Part shown: positions 63,165 through 64,000 of the stretch, piece by piece
Layout of the letters: each line of letters opens with the position of its first letter
Numbering within the stretch: position 1 is the stretch's first letter
Assembly (NCBI GenBank): GCA_000320545.1
Contig: ADNK01000157.1
Coordinates: 62,001 to 126,000, forward strand
Direction of reading: 5' to 3'
Length of the DNA stretch: 64,000 bases
DNA from: Bigelowiella natans CCMP2755
Taxonomy: Eukaryota > Protista > Cercozoa
Notes under the pieces: generated by a model
The model's database searches: none
What the model saw: the letters and a program-made list of their open reading frames with translations, nothing else
What the model was told of the DNA's origin: nothing
Made by a program: the position numbers and the translations under genes

Positions 63165-63527
63165 GGAGGGGATATCACCGGCCATGGTCTCGATACGTTT
63201 GTCGACCAACGGCATCTGAGCGCCTAGGAGTGGAGGAGGAGGAGGAGGAGGAAAGACAAGGTCATTATTAATCTCTTGCATTCGAACGAGAAGAACAAGT
63301 CTCCTGAAGGATTTTCATTCGATCACCTTAAACTCAACCTTCCTCCTCCGTGTCCTCCTCCGAAAGTAAATCACGACGAACAAGGAGGAAACCAAAATCA
63401 GCGCGCCAACCACCATGAATGCGATCCTTCCCCCATATCGACTTATCATCTCAGCATCTCCGGAAACTGCAGCAGCCGTCATCTCGCACGCTTGCTGCAG
63501 CCCCCCGCCCAGCCCATCACTCGACAT
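59006..63527 (-). CDS. Multi-exon WD40-like beta-propeller protein, possibly with an N-terminal membrane anchor; exon structure only partly resolved
   Basis: Fragments SINLWDLGTGK, RLSPNLDYLAV...IVWRVRTGK, GFIRIWRVSTKE...LSFTRRGLLAIGG, VHRIRFSPDGSNLLAT; leader IAFMVVGALILVSSLFVVIYFRRR at 63315-63527. Confidence 0.5.
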
Positions 63528-64000
63528 CGTCGGGAGGGAGGTGTGGCTTTATGTCAGATCTGCTGTCCGCGACATGGACTCAGACGTTATTCTTGGAAAG
63601 CTTGTCGCACCGTGTAAATCGGATTGATTTTATCGCAGAAATGGAGCTACTTGTCGCTTTGTGCAGATCACATTCTTTTTGCCCCCTCCTCAAAACCCAA
63701 CTCGGCGAGTGACTGACTCTCGCCTCGCAATCGCATCACTCTGCTAGTCTGGCACTGTTCAGACCACTGCATTCATTCACACGTTCTCGAGATTGACCTT
63801 GTCATTCGTTCATTCGTGTGCGCATAATCTGGTGTGCCAAAGGGAAAAAAACGCCCGCTCATGCAGACTTGACAGCCAAGAGTGCTCCAAAGTTGCATCT
63901 GCAAGGTGTGTTCCTGAGAAGGCCGCTCAAGACGCAGGCCGACTCCGGTAGAAGTGAACTGGGATCCAAACAGGATCAGTGGTCCACTCCACAAAAAAAC

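Noticed and set aside
63305-63327. Possible 23-nt nucleomorph-sized GT-AG intron in the WD40-like gene
   Set aside because: The downstream frame could not be joined convincingly, and the other introns resolved here are much longer; needs cDNA.
1-64000. tRNA, rRNA or telomeric repeats
   Set aside because: None recognised; the only tRNA-like sequence is the retrotransposon PBS.

Overview
Eukaryotic nuclear DNA: gene-dense, GT-AG introns loaded with microsatellites, genes mostly in head-to-head pairs. Signal-peptide + transit-like presequences on a green-lineage plastid protein and an RLRGG-type leader suggest a chlorarachniophyte alga (inference). About 13 host genes were reconstructed by hand: a small Lys-rich protein, a mitochondrial-type PhnZ-PhnY phosphonate-oxygenase fusion, a class II HMG-CoA reductase, an internally duplicated UxaA-family dehydratase, a CS-domain protein, a degenerate 3'-5' exonuclease/SAP protein, a conserved plastid protein, an intronless secreted DUF4185-like protein, AdhE, an endosomal syntaxin, a BIG-type Sec7 ARF-GEF, a WD40-like gene and a possible partial gene at the left edge. 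A complete, very young Ty3/Gypsy LTR retrotransposon sits at 33549-39264 (identical 326-bp LTRs, GATT target duplication, single gag-pol ORF). It is the best candidate for an undescribed system: its integrase has D-27-E spacing and ends in a degenerate DIRS/phage-Dam-like adenine-methyltransferase fold where chromoviruses carry a chromodomain. All domain calls come from motif recognition by eye, not database searches.
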